From NCBI RefSeq assembly GCF_004010195.1, contig NC_057720.1:30644815-30708814 (forward strand): a DNA stretch of 64,000 nucleotides, in the 5' to 3' direction. Below, one piece after another: positions 63,329-64,000 of the stretch (position 1 is its first letter; every line of letters begins with the position of its first letter). Origin of the DNA: Chiloscyllium plagiosum (Eukaryota). A program made the position numbers and the translations under genes. The notes under the pieces are model-generated. The model worked only from the letters and a program-made list of their open reading frames with translations, made no database searches and was not told the origin of the DNA.

Positions 63329-63762
63329 TCATAGAACATAGAACTTTACAGCACAGTACAGACCCTTCGACCCTCGATGTTGCGCCGACCTGTGAAATTA
63401 AGCTGATGCCCATTTAACCTAAACCGTTTCATTATTATCCATATGTGTGTCCAAAGCCCATTTAAATGCCCTTAAGGTCGGTGAGTCTACTACTGTTGCA
63501 GGCAGGGCCTCTACTACTCTGAGTAAAGAAACTACCCCTAATATCTGTCCTAAATCTATCACCCCTCAATTTAAAGCTATATCTCTTTGTGTTAGCCTTC
63601 AACATCCAAGGAAAAAGGCTCTCACGGTCCACCCTATCTAAACTTCGATTACCTTATATGTCTCGATTAAGTGACCTCTGAACCTGCTTCTCTCCAATGG
63701 AAACAGCCTCAGTTCCCTCAATCTTTCCTTGCAAGACCTTCCTTCCATACCAGGAATACAGG
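63329..63762 (-). mobile_element. CR1 3' fragment (different subfamily)
   Basis: RFRGHLIETYK remnant; catagaacatagaa tail. Confidence 0.8.
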
Positions 63763-63764
63763 CA

Positions 63765-64000
63765 GGGTGCCTGCAGAATGGAGAGATAAATGAGAGCGGG
63801 GTGGGGGTGGGGAGAAAGTAGCATAGAGTACAATAGGTGAATGGGGGTGGGGATGGGTATTCCAAGGCGGAAGATGAGGCATTCTTCCTTCAGGCGTCGG
63901 GTGGTGAGGGAGTGGCGATGGAGGAGGCCCAGGACCTGCATGTTCTCGGCTGAGTGGGAGGGGGAGTTGAAATGTTGGGCACAGGGCAGTGGGGTTGATT
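63765..64000 (-). mobile_element. PLE fragment: GIY-YIG C-terminus and 3' UTR
   Basis: MQVLGLLHRHSLTTRRLKEECLIFRLG in ORF 63654..63941; runs off the window edge. Confidence 0.7.

Overview
Vertebrate genomic DNA with a repeat complement typical of a cartilaginous fish, probably a shark (inferred from the repeats). The window lies inside one large minus-strand gene, USP24 (ubiquitin-specific peptidase 24). I traced 27 consecutive internal coding exons from 63163 down to 956. All have GT-AG boundaries and compatible phases, totalling 3449 nt (about 1149 codons), and include the complete USP catalytic domain (Cys box, QQD, His box). The gene continues beyond both window edges. The introns hold CR1 LINE fragments, tRNA-derived V-SINEs (HE1-like), Deu-domain SINEs, Tigger/pogo-like MITEs, a solo LTR and several Penelope-like element (PLE) families. 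The most notable structures are: (i) a young Neptune-type PLE (38463-41014) with ~450-bp inverted terminal repeats, each carrying a minimal hammerhead-ribozyme motif, plus many small palindromic hammerhead-bearing PLE derivatives; (ii) a 109-bp local templated duplication inserted in the loop of a perfect 15-bp hairpin; (iii) inverted CR1 copies bracketing a 639-nt phase-0 exon block, a circRNA or exon-skipping candidate; (iv) a LINE whose 5' end is a tRNA/Deu SINE head. Exon boundaries were read by hand to the base; most repeat boundaries are approximate. Family names come from recalled consensus sequences, not database searches.
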